A program made the translations under genes and the position numbers. A stretch of 9,984 nt of DNA from a virus. The notes under the pieces were generated by a model that was not told the origin of the DNA, did no database searches, and was given only the letters and a program-made list of their open reading frames with translations. Shown here piece after piece: positions 1 to 7,345 of this stretch. The DNA is taken from positions 1 to 9,984 of IMG/VR virus record IMGVR_UViG_3300006001_000003; one strand, 5' to 3'. Position 1 is the stretch's first letter. Each line of letters opens with the position of its first letter.

Positions 1-123
1 GAACAGAGTCGAGCATTAGAAAGAAGATTGTCAGATATAGCAGTTAGCCAGCATGAGGTAATGACCAGCGTCATGGATAGGTTAGAGAGAGTGGAAGCGA
101 TGAGACCTGAAGGGACGAACCCA
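1..123. repeat. Left copy of the exact 123-bp terminal direct repeat (window wrap-around, inside gag coding sequence)
   Basis: gaacagagtcgagcattagaaagaagattg...agggacgaaccca is identical to 9862-9984 by direct reading, with an offset of 9861. Confidence 0.95.
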
Positions 124-1572
124 GATCTCTGGACTGCGCGTCCAGAGGTTAGCTCGTACTGCGACCTCGCGCCTTTCATTCGAGCTCCACTATCGTTATC
201 GTCACCCCCATACTCACATCCCTCATCATTCGTTCATCACCATCAAATTGAAACCGTAGCGCCGTTACGTAGGAGTTTGAGGCTTCGAGATAAGGCGCGT
301 ACTGCTTTCCGACGGATTGAAAGACCTGAGTTCCTGGAAAGTCTACCTCCATCGAGAGTGGAAGGAACTACAGAGTACCGGATGGACTTTGAGGTTCGGA
401 AGCCAACGTCACTCAACCTTCAGAAAAACGATTGCTCCGTCGCATTACCACAGGGCGAGTTAGCATCCACCCTGGCGACGGCAGGCATCACAATTGGCGA
501 CGAAGATGGGATTCGAATGGCGAGTGACACAGTGTGGCAAGAAACCCGACCGTCTTTTCTTTCCGTCGACGTCGCACGAAAAAACGAAACGCTCGTTGAG
601 TTAACCGATCTTCGCGAATCCCCCGCGATGCGCGGTCATTCGATCGTTCGCGATATCTGTGAACCAAGAAGGATCGCAAACGCAGAAATTGATGTAGGGC
701 AATTTCAAATCGAACCTTTAAATTTTCGTCCTTCCGTGGATTCACCAATTACCGGAGGTCGAACTACCAGTCTTCGATCGACGTTCGAAAGGGACGAAGC
801 AGGAGTCGAGCGGAGGACCACTGACGATGGGAGGCAAGGCTTGATGTCAGGTCAACCGACGGAGACGCCGAGACTGCAAGTCATCGAAGAAGCCGGAGCC
901 ACCGCCGGAACACCGACTGTTGGACCAAGCCATTTAAATCAACGTGGTAGTCCTGGAAACGTAGTTGGTGCAGCGAGAAAAACAATGGCCAGCAGTCAAA
1001 CGACGGGTACCTACACTACTGTTCCGACCCTTCGTACTGGGCTAGGACCGTGGATACCCAGTGCAAGAGTTCAGGACCCTGCGTTGTTTGGAGGAATGAG
1101 TTATAGTGGAACCAGCGACTTTCGACCGTCAGCCAGGAGTATGTGTACGGGGATGGAGCCAAGAACTTCCATTACACCGTATCACGTCAACCGACCAAGG
1201 GTGAACTTTGCCGAGTTGGACGATGTGGGTTGTAGGCCAGCTATGCGCTATACGACAGCTACCGGAGGACCAGGAGTTTACGGAGGGTGGATTCCGCAGC
1301 CGGGGACAGCGAGTGTTTTGCCGTTAGCTAGTCATCCGCCTTATCTTGAACCAGCATGGAGGCCAGAGTTGGGGCACTGGAGTTTGTGCAGAGAGGGACC
1401 GCCAGTAGCTGCACAGTTGGTGCCTGCTCTACCGAAGGTTTCGACAGCAACTCAGACGAATGATGATGGACCGCCGCCTAAAACTCCGATAGTGAGAGAA
1501 GTGGAGGACGGACCTCTAAATGTGTTGGGTACTGAGTCGAGATCAACTCCAACGGGGGATAGACCGCGTAGC
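1..1572 (+). other. Gag N-terminal extension with no recognisable domain (about 594 aa once 9652-9861 is included)
   Basis: The translation begins with a heptad-like Q/E/M/R-rich segment (EALLAEMTQQMQRQSEQMSMQAEQMQRFHVEQSRALERRLSDIAVSQHEVMTSVMDRLERVEAM). The rest is P/S/T/G/R-rich sequence with no motif I recognise. It lies upstream of the capsid-like domain. Confidence 0.6.
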
Positions 1573-4500
1573 TACATAAAATTGGATAAGTACTCGGGTC
1601 AAGGTCCATTGCAGTCGTTCTTGAGCCGTTTTGAATTATGTTCTCGTCATAACGCATGGTCAGCGTCTGAACGCCTAACTCAGCTTGCGTGTGCACTGAG
1701 CGACGGAGCTAGCCAGTTGATTTGGGAGGCACAGTCTGGAGGTATTGATACAGCGGAGAAACTGATCCAACGTCTACAGGAGCGCTATGGTTCCCATGAC
1801 AGACAAGCAGTTTTCCGAGCTCAGTTACTAGCCAGGAGACAGAAACAAGGGGAGGACCTTCCTAGCTTGTTTGGCGATATTCAACGACTTCTAGTTCTGG
1901 CTTATCCAGGAGAGTCTGCACATTCGGAAACAATGGCCATACATTTCTACATCGCAGCGTTGGAAGATCGTGAATTAGCATTAAAAGTCTCTGAACGCGA
2001 ACCGACTAGTCTTCAGCAAGCCTTCACGCTTTCCCTTCGACTTCAGGCATATAAACAGGCAGAGAATGACAATAGCCGTGACTCTGGACGAAATCGAGGA
2101 CGAGTGAATGCTGTAGAGGCGCGTGACGAAAATGGAGTTCTCAAGGCAGAAGTGGCTAAGCTGAAACGGACCGTTGAGGAGTTGAAACGCGAACGTAATC
2201 AAAAGGGGGCCAAACTGGGGAACAATCAAGCACAAGTCAGGCCGGCGCAAGGACAGCCATACGATCAGCCGCCGTGGAATCAACCGAGAGGAGAAGTTCC
2301 GCAAGGAGGACAATTTCACGACGGTGGCCATCAACCTTGTCAACAGTGTGGTTCTCTGGAGCACCGAGTCTGCACCAGACCGTACCAAGGAGGAAATTTC
2401 CGAGGAAGGGCACAGGGACACAACGGTCAAGGTCAACCGAAAGGAATGGCTCAGTGGAACAACGGTCCGGGTCCACAAGGAGTAGACCAGGCTCCAGTGT
2501 ACTCACGCTATGTGCCGGGTTCGGAGAGCGCCTACCTGAAAGCTAAAGTGAATGGAAAAGAGGCTTATGCACTTTTGGACTCAGGGTCTCAGACCAGCCT
2601 GTGTTCCGAGAAATACGTGCGTCCAAAAGACATACGTCCTAGCAACCAGTCGTTGTTAGCTGCGAATGGAACTAGAATAACGGTAAGCGGCGAGACAGTT
2701 TTGACCTTAAAAGTGGACGGTATGATCTTCAAAGTTCCAACACTGGTCACTCCGCAACTGGACGGCTTGATTTTAGGTCTGAATTGGATGAATTCCCAGG
2801 CTCTAGTTTGGAGATTTGGTCAGGGATGGCTAGAGTTATGTGGACGAAGAGTGAAGGTACACATTCGGCCGGATGCAGGACTTTGTCGTCGGGTGGTCGC
2901 TGCTCAGGATGTGCTCGTGCCGCCATTGAGTGAGATGGAGGTCGAGGCGTACGCTGTCCTACCAAACTTCAACCGAACGGATCCGTGTTGGGCTACAAGA
3001 GCTACTATGCTAGATACAGGATTAGTGCTGGCAGGATCACTGTTACCACAGAGGACGACTGACCTAACTCTTCGAGTGCTGAATCCGACTGGTCAAGCGA
3101 TCAAGCTTCGGAAAGGAGTTCGATGCGACGCGGAAGCTGTTGAAGTCTTAGGAGAAAAGGAAGCGGTTGACGAGACGAGTACCTGTGCACAAGTGTCTCA
3201 AACAGCACCAGTGGACGAGGAAGCCGTGTTGGAGCCGCTGTGGGACGGAATTGCTGACGATGTGCCTGCCGCAGTTCAAGAGAAACTGAAAGAGTTGCTG
3301 TTGAAGTACAAGGGCGCATTTTCACTCAGTGAATACGACCTAGGATACACTGACATTCTGCAGCACGAGATATATACGGGCACGGAAGCACCTGTGAGGC
3401 AAGCTTTGAGGCGACAACCGTTGCTACAACTTCCGATCATAGATGAGCAAGTGGACACTATGTTGGAACAGGGGTTGATCGAACGCTCATGTTCGGAGTG
3501 GGCATCCAACGTGGTTATCGTGACTAAAAAGGACGGAACTCCGAGATTCTGTGTCGACTACCGTCAACTGAACAACAAGACTAGAAAAGACGCTTATCCG
3601 CTGCCATTGATTAGCGAATGCTTGGATACCCTAGGAGGAGCATCCTGGTTTTCAACATTTGACCTAAGAGCAGGTTATCACCAGGTCGCTCTGCATCCGC
3701 GAGACCGTCATAAGACCGCCTTCGTCACCAGAGGAGGAAGTTTCCAGTTCAGAGTGTTACCGTTCGGCCTCTGTGGAAGTCCAGCTAGTTTCTCTCGACT
3801 GATGGGACTAGTGATGGCCGGGTTGAACTTCAGCATCTGCTTGATATACTTGGATGACATTATCGTGTTCTCCAAAGACCTTGAGACCCATCTACAGAGA
3901 TTGGAGTTGGTGTTGGAACGGCTGGTGGCGGTTAACCTGAAGTTGAAACCCTCCAAGTGTCACCTGCTGCAGAAAAGAGTGTTGTTTCTCGGACATATAG
4001 TGAGTCAGGAAGGCATAGAGACTGATCCGAGGAAAATCGAAGCAGTAAGAAGTTGGCCGACTCCGACAAAGCTGAAAGAAGTGAGAGCGTTCATGGGTTT
4101 ATGTTCTTACTATCGGAAGTTTGTGCCGCAGTTTGCGCATGTAGGTCGTCCTTTACATGCCTTGACGAGAAAAGACGTGAGATTCAACTGGACACACGAG
4201 TGCGACGAGGCATTCGAGCAACTAAAGACTGCCTTGACAGAAGCGCCAGTGTTAGCTCTTCCGCTGGATGAAGGTCAATTCGTCTTGGATACAGATGCGT
4301 CGGGAGAGGCGATCGGAGCCGTTTTGTCGCAGGTACAAGAAGGAGTGGAGCGCGTGATCTGTTATGGGAGCAGAGTGTGCAGTCTTCCGGAACAGAACTA
4401 CGATGTTACGAGACGTGAATTACTCGCTATCATCTACTTCCTGAAGTTGTATCGACCGTATCTGCTGGGGAGGAGATTCCTGTTGAGAACTGACCATTCG

Positions 4501-6162
4501 GCACTACAATGGTTACGACGTACGCCATTGCCAATAGGACAGCAAGCGCGGTGGTTAACAACCATTGAAGAATTTGATTTCGAGGTTAAACATAGAGCCG
4601 GAGCTTCGCACCAGAACGCCGACGCTATGTCGAGACGACCACATGTAATCAGGGTTCTACGAGCAGATCAGCCTGATCCAGTGAACACGGAGAGCGCAAC
4701 AGAACCTTGGAGTCGCGCGGAGGTAGCGAAGGAACAAGCAGATGATCCGGAGTTGGGGTGGATCATAGGGAAACTAAAGGAGTCGGAGGATGTTCCTTCA
4801 GCTCAGGAGACTAAAAGACAAAGTGCAGTGATTAAGTTGTTAGTGGCACAGTGGCCACAACTAAAACTTCTAGACGAACTGCTAGTGAGGAGTTGGTTGG
4901 ACGCTGAGGACAGTAGCGTTCGATGGGAACAGATAGTTCTTCCGAAGAGTCGTCGAACGGAACTTATCCAGAGATCACACGAAGGAATGACAGGAGGTCA
5001 CTTAGGGTTGAAACGAACCTACGTCCAGGTGCAACGTCGAGCATACTGGCCGAACTGGAGAGAGGACGTACGCTTGCAGTTGGCAAGATGTGAAACATGT
5101 GCACGGTATTTCCGTGGAAAACCAGTGCATCAAGCACCTCTGCAGAACATGGTCGTCGGTGAAATAGGGGAGGTGTTGGCTCTGGATCTGACAGGACCCC
5201 ACGTGACGTCATCTCAAGGGCATAAGTACATTTTGACAATGATCGACCATTTTAGCCGGTGGGCGGAGGCTTTTCCAGTGAGGAACCAAGAGGCGCACAC
5301 AGTGGCGAGAGTGCTGGTTGATCAATGGATCTCGAGATACGGTTGTCCGTTGCAGATTTTGACTGACCAAGGACCATGCTTCGAGTCGGCCTTGTTCGCT
5401 GATTTATGCAAGATGTTGGATGTTTCAAAGGTGCGGACATCACCTTACAAACCTTCAACCAATGGAATGATCGAACGCTTTCATCGCACATTGAACGCCC
5501 TTTTGGCGAAATTTGTGGCCAGCAATCATAGAAACTGGCATGAGATGTTGCCGGTCGTAATGTCTGCCTATCGGAGTAGTCAGCATGCATCGACGGGATA
5601 TTCGCCGAATAAACTGTTCTTGAACCGTGAACTATATATGCCGCTGGATTTGGTGTTGGGAGACTGTCAAGATAGACCACCCACCACGACATGGTATCAC
5701 GAATACGTGCAGGACAAAAGAGATCAGATTTCGGCTACCTATGCCTTGGCGAGGAACTGCATGCAGAAGCAGGCCGAGTTACGAGCCAAGAAATATGACT
5801 TGAGAGTAAAGACCAAAGAATTTTCCATTGGAAGTTTTGTGTGGTACTACTACCCACGGAAGAGAGCCGGACTGAAAGAAAAGTGGCTAAACTTTTACGT
5901 GGGCCCATTCCGCATTGAGGGCAGGGTGGGACCAGTACTCTACCAGGTTCGGAAGACTCCCAGATCAAAAGCTCAGCTGGTTTATGTGGACAAGCTAAAA
6001 GCTTATAGCGGCCCAATTCCACTAGCTTGGGGAGGACCAAATTTGGGGGAGGAAAAGGAGGTCCCTGATTTGGAGGAAGAGGAGGTGGCTGAAAGTCACT
6101 TAGACCTGAGTAGACCGAAGAGGGCGATTCGAGGTCCGGTAAGGTACGGATTCGAGACTTAG
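1..6162 (+). CDS. Gag-Pol polyprotein, 5'-truncated by the window start (codons 71-2123 of the full ORF)
   Basis: Frame 1 is open from base 1 to TAG 6160-6162. The track start at 28 is a TTG inside the ORF. The identical segment at 9862-9984 is preceded in frame by ATG 9652, so the full ORF is 210 + 6159 nt = 2123 codons. Motifs read directly: LLDSGS (D codon 2578), YLDD 3847-3858, DTDAS 4288-4302, H4978/H4999/C5089/C5098, D5185, D5365, E5473 (exactly 35 residues between the second D and E). Confidence 0.95.
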   Translation, partial: EQSRALERRLSDIAVSQHEVMTSVMDRLERVEAMRPEGTNPDLWTARPEVSSYCDLAPFIRAPLSLSSPPYSHPSSFVHHHQIETVAPLRRSLRLRDKARTAFRRIERPEFLESLPPSRVEGTTEYRMDFEVRKPTSLNLQKNDCSVALPQGELASTLATAGITIGDEDGIRMASDTVWQETRPSFLSVDVARKNETLVELTDLRESPAMRGHSIVRDICEPRRIANAEIDVGQFQIEPLNFRPSVDSPITGGRTTSLRSTFERDEAGVERRTTDDGRQGLMSGQPTETPRLQVIEEAGATAGTPTVGPSHLNQRGSPGNVVGAARKTMASSQTTGTYTTVPTLRTGLGPWIPSARVQDPALFGGMSYSGTSDFRPSARSMCTGMEPRTSITPYHVNRPRVNFAELDDVGCRPAMRYTTATGGPGVYGGWIPQPGTASVLPLASHPPYLEPAWRPELGHWSLCREGPPVAAQLVPALPKVSTATQTNDDGPPPKTPIVREVEDGPLNVLGTESRSTPTGDRPRSYIKLDKYSGQGPLQSFLSRFELCSRHNAWSASERLTQLACALSDGASQLIWEAQSGGIDTAEKLIQRLQERYGSHDRQAVFRAQLLARRQKQGEDLPSLFGDIQRLLVLAYPGESAHSETMAIHFYIAALEDRELALKVSEREPTSLQQAFTLSLRLQAYKQAENDNSRDSGRNRGRVNAVEARDENGVLKAEVAKLKRTVEELKRERNQKGAKLGNNQAQVRPAQGQPYDQPPWNQPRGEVPQGGQFHDGGHQPCQQCGSLEHRVCTRPYQGGNFRGRAQGHNGQGQPKGMAQWNNGPGPQGVDQAPVYSRYVPGSESAYLKAKVNGKEAYALLDSGSQTSLCSEKYVRPKDIRPSNQSLLAANGTRITVSGETVLTLKVDGMIFKVPTLVTPQLDGLILGLNWMNSQALVWRFGQGWLELCGRRVKVHIRPDAGLCRRVVAAQDVLVPPLSEMEVEAYAVLPNFNRTDPCWATRATMLDTGLVLAGSLLPQRTTDLTLRVLNPTGQAIKLRKGVRCDAEAVEVLGEKEAVDETSTCAQVSQTAPVDEEAVLEPLWDGIADDVPAAVQEKLKELLLKYKGAFSLSEYDLGYTDILQHEIYTGTEAPVRQALRRQPLLQLPIIDEQVDTMLEQGLIERSCSEWASNVVIVTKKDGTPRFCVDYRQLNNKTRKDAYPLPLISECLDTLGGASWFSTFDLRAGYHQVALHPRDRHKTAFVTRGGSFQFRVLPFGLCGSPASFSRLMGLVMAGLNFSICLIYLDDIIVFSKDLETHLQRLELVLERLVAVNLKLKPSKCHLLQKRVLFLGHIVSQEGIETDPRKIEAVRSWPTPTKLKEVRAFMGLCSYYRKFVPQFAHVGRPLHALTRKDVRFNWTHECDEAFEQLKTALTEAPVLALPLDEGQFVLDTDASGEAIGAVLSQVQEGVERVICYGSRVCSLPEQNYDVTRRELLAIIYFLKLYRPYLLGRRFLLRTDHSALQWLRRTPLPIGQQARWLTTIEEFDFEVKHRAGASHQNADAMSRRPHVIRVLRADQPDPVNTESATEPWSRAEVAKEQADDPELGWIIGKLKESEDVPSAQETKRQSAVIKLLVAQWPQLKLLDELLVRSWLDAEDSSVRWEQIVLPKSRRTELIQRSHEGMTGGHLGLKRTYVQVQRRAYWPNWREDVRLQLARCETCARYFRGKPVHQAPLQNMVVGEIGEVLALDLTGPHVTSSQGHKYILTMIDHFSRWAEAFPVRNQEAHTVARVLVDQWISRYGCPLQILTDQGPCFESALFADLCKMLDVSKVRTSPYKPSTNGMIERFHRTLNALLAKFVASNHRNWHEMLPVVMSAYRSSQHASTGYSPNKLFLNRELYMPLDLVLGDCQDRPPTTTWYHEYVQDKRDQISATYALARNCMQKQAELRAKKYDLRVKTKEFSIGSFVWYYYPRKRAGLKEKWLNFYVGPFRIEGRVGPVLYQVRKTPRSKAQLVYVDKLKAYSGPIPLAWGGPNLGEEKEVPDLEEEEVAESHLDLSRPKRAIRGPVRYGFET
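1573..2052 (+). other. Retrotransposon Gag capsid-like domain (Ty3/Arc-type)
   Basis: YIKLDKYSGQGPLQSFLSRFELCSRHNAWSASERLTQLACALSDGASQLIW...LIQRLQERYG...FRAQLLARRQKQGEDLPSLFGDIQRLLVLAYPG...HFYIAALEDRELALKV follows the conserved spacing pattern of the retrotransposon gag family. This assignment is from memory of the family, not from a search. Confidence 0.7.
2338..2373 (+). other. Nucleocapsid-type zinc knuckle with atypical spacing (C-X2-C-X4-H-X2-C)
   Basis: The residues CQQCGSLEHRVC were read codon by codon: tgt 2338, tgt 2347, cac 2362, tgc 2371. They sit in the usual position between Gag and PR. Confidence 0.55.
2533..2838 (+). other. Retropepsin-like aspartic protease domain
   Basis: YLKAKVNGKEAYALLDSGSQTSL carries the catalytic DSG (gac 2578, tca, ggg). 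The downstream LILGLNWM (about 2767-2790) corresponds to the conserved ILG motif. Confidence 0.85.
2851..3150 (+). other. Extra module of about 100 aa between PR and RT, fold unassigned
   Basis: VKVHIRPDAGLCRRVVAAQDVLVPPLSEMEVEAYAVL...GLVLAGSLLPQRTTDLTLRVLNPTGQAIKLRKGVRCDAEAVEVL. The alternating hydrophobic pattern looks beta-rich. About 172 aa separate the end of PR from the first RT motif. Confidence 0.4.
3355..4050 (+). other. Reverse transcriptase domain
   Basis: The motifs VIVTKKDGTPRFCVDYRQLNNKT, DAYPLPLI, FSTFDLRAGYHQV, FRVLPFGLCGSPASF, LIYLDDIIVFS (YLDD 3847-3858) and FLGHIVS are all canonical Ty3/gypsy RT blocks. Confidence 0.95.
4243..4640 (+). other. RNase H domain
   Basis: APVLALP...FVLDTDASGEAIGAVLSQ (D codon 4294), TRRELLAI (E 4417), LRTDHSALQWL (D 4492), NADAMSR (D 4621). 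Confidence 0.85.
4978..5100 (+). other. Integrase N-terminal HHCC zinc-binding domain
   Basis: HEGMTGGHLGLKRTY...ARCETCARY, with H 4978, H 4999, C 5089 and C 5098. Confidence 0.85.
5161..5640 (+). other. Integrase catalytic core (D,D35E)
   Basis: LALDLTGP (D 5185), ILTDQGPCFES (D 5365), NGMIERFHRTL (E 5473). (5473-5365)/3 = 36, which gives D-X35-E. Confidence 0.93.
5821..6006 (+). other. Integrase C-terminal GPY/F-type module, followed by a short acidic tail and no chromodomain
   Basis: FSIGSFVWYYYPRKR...WLNFYVGPFRIEGRVGPVLYQV...VYVDKLKAY, with GPF at 5902-5910. The ORF then ends with EEKEVPDLEEEEVAES... Confidence 0.6.
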
Positions 6163-6930
6163 GGCGATACGAAAGTAATGGTGAGGTGAGTAGTTGCTTG
6201 TAGAACACACATTTAGTAGCGCTTTTGGAGTGAGTATGTGAGTATTATTTTTGTTTGTTGTTAGGGTTGCAATAATCAAGTAAATCATTATTAGTACAGG
6301 TAGACCTTGAGCAAATGTGCACGTTTGACCACAAGGCTTCACTGGTAAGTGAGCAAGTAACCGTAATTATTGCCACTTCAGTAGCGCCTTGGAGTATTTC
6401 AGTAAGTACTGCTGCGGATCAACGCGTTAAGTTGAATGTTGCTTATGTAGATTTAACTGATACGTGTTGCTAAGGGCCGAGAAGAATTGTACGTCGTGTG
6501 GCATAAAGAAGGAGCAGAGTACGCGCCTGAGGAAAAGGGCTGCGTTCGAATTCCGAGTGCGTAAGGGTGATTCCAGGATCTTACCGGGAAAAATTTTCTT
6601 GGTGAACCGCGCAAATTTTTTTGGTGTAGTGGGGGAGAGTGTCAAGTCTGATAGAGACTCTCCAATATAAAGTAAGGCAAGGTACAATTAATTAGGAATT
6701 ATTTAAACAGAGACCACTGGAACGCCACAGTCGTCGAGGTTCTTTGGAACGCATCATTATTGGCACCATGGTAACGTTTGGACTTTAAACTACCTCATTA
6801 TGCAGAAAAGTAATAGGCGACGCCTGTGTTGCCTGATATCGACTGCCGAGGTGAGAAAAAGGGATGACCGCACCAATTTGTAACGGAATAAGAAGGGAAG
6901 AGATTTTCGCACCCAGTTGACGTTGTCATG

Positions 6931-7345
6931 CTAGCGTAATGTAATGATTAGTGTTGTGCAGTTGATTAAGTAAGTAATGTAGTTATTGAGTGATTTAACG
7001 TTATGAAGATCTACCATAGCGATGAGGTAACGAGGAGTATTGTAGCCTGATGTAATGGAATGTAATTTGTAACGTAATGAGTAAGTCAAGCAAGGGCGCA
7101 ATCGACTTTGCTACGCAGAGGTATTGCATTGTAATGGAAAGATTAAGTAAGAAAGTAAGAAGAGATGTTTCGAGGTAAGTAAGAGATGAAATGAGAATTG
7201 ATTAGGCGCCTTGTGGTGATGATGAGGTGATGTAATGATATCAAATGTAGGTGCTAAAGATAGGGCATCGTTAATGTGATAATAGGCGTAAGCTAATAAA
7301 TAAATAAGTAACGTAATATTGAAATAATGAAAGGAAATGATAAGG
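6931..7345 (+). repeat. C-depleted G/A/T low-complexity tract rich in GTAATG / GTAAGT motifs
   Basis: I counted about 30 C in 6961-7320 (about 8 percent). GTAATG occurs at 6936, 6941, 6974, 7052, 7074, 7131 and 7232. GTAAGT occurs at 6970, 7081 and 7175. Spacing is irregular, so this is not a clean tandem array. Confidence 0.7.

Noticed and set aside
1-123. The 123-bp terminal repeats as a pair of LTRs
   Set aside because: They lie inside the gag coding sequence, the ORF is continuous on both sides, and the match runs into the window edge. This fits wrap-around of a periodic or circular sequence, not LTRs.
1981-2478. Antisense ORFs inside gag-pol (488-748, 1478-1696, 1981-2478, 2237-2506, 2747-2965, 3101-3509, 3708-3956, 4964-5239, 5252-5692, 5735-6208, 9650-9877, all on the - strand)
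   Set aside because: They fully overlap a strongly supported 2123-codon ORF and have low-complexity, motif-free translations. Their sizes are what is expected by chance opposite a long ORF.
2274-2546. Alternative-frame + strand ORFs 2274-2546 and 4053-4271
   Set aside because: They are embedded in the gag-pol frame within the zinc-knuckle and RT-thumb regions and have no motifs. Their R/S-rich translations are typical of out-of-frame reading.
28-6162. The ORF-track start at 28 (TTG translated as M)
   Set aside because: The frame is already open from base 1. The identical second copy shows the ORF starting 210 nt further upstream at ATG 9652. The TTG at 28 is an internal Leu codon.
5821-6162. 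A chromodomain at the integrase C-terminus (chromovirus signature)
   Set aside because: After the GPF module the ORF ends in a short acidic tail. There is no chromodomain-like aromatic cage pattern.
6464-6670. Small ORFs in the non-coding region (6464-6670 +, 7413-7652 +, 8972-9175 +, 6100-6342 -, 6427-6687 -, 7768-8058 -) as possible env or accessory genes
   Set aside because: They are 67-96 aa. The + strand ones start at non-ATG codons (GTG or TTG). None has a signal peptide, transmembrane segment or other recognisable motif. No env-sized ORF exists. A multi-exon gene cannot be excluded, but I cannot build one from the sequence.
6690-6703. Exact 14-mer TTAATTAGGAATTA shared between 6690 and about 9382 as a possible LTR-edge repeat
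   Set aside because: Both copies lie in AT-rich sequence where such matches are likely by chance. The flanks do not align.
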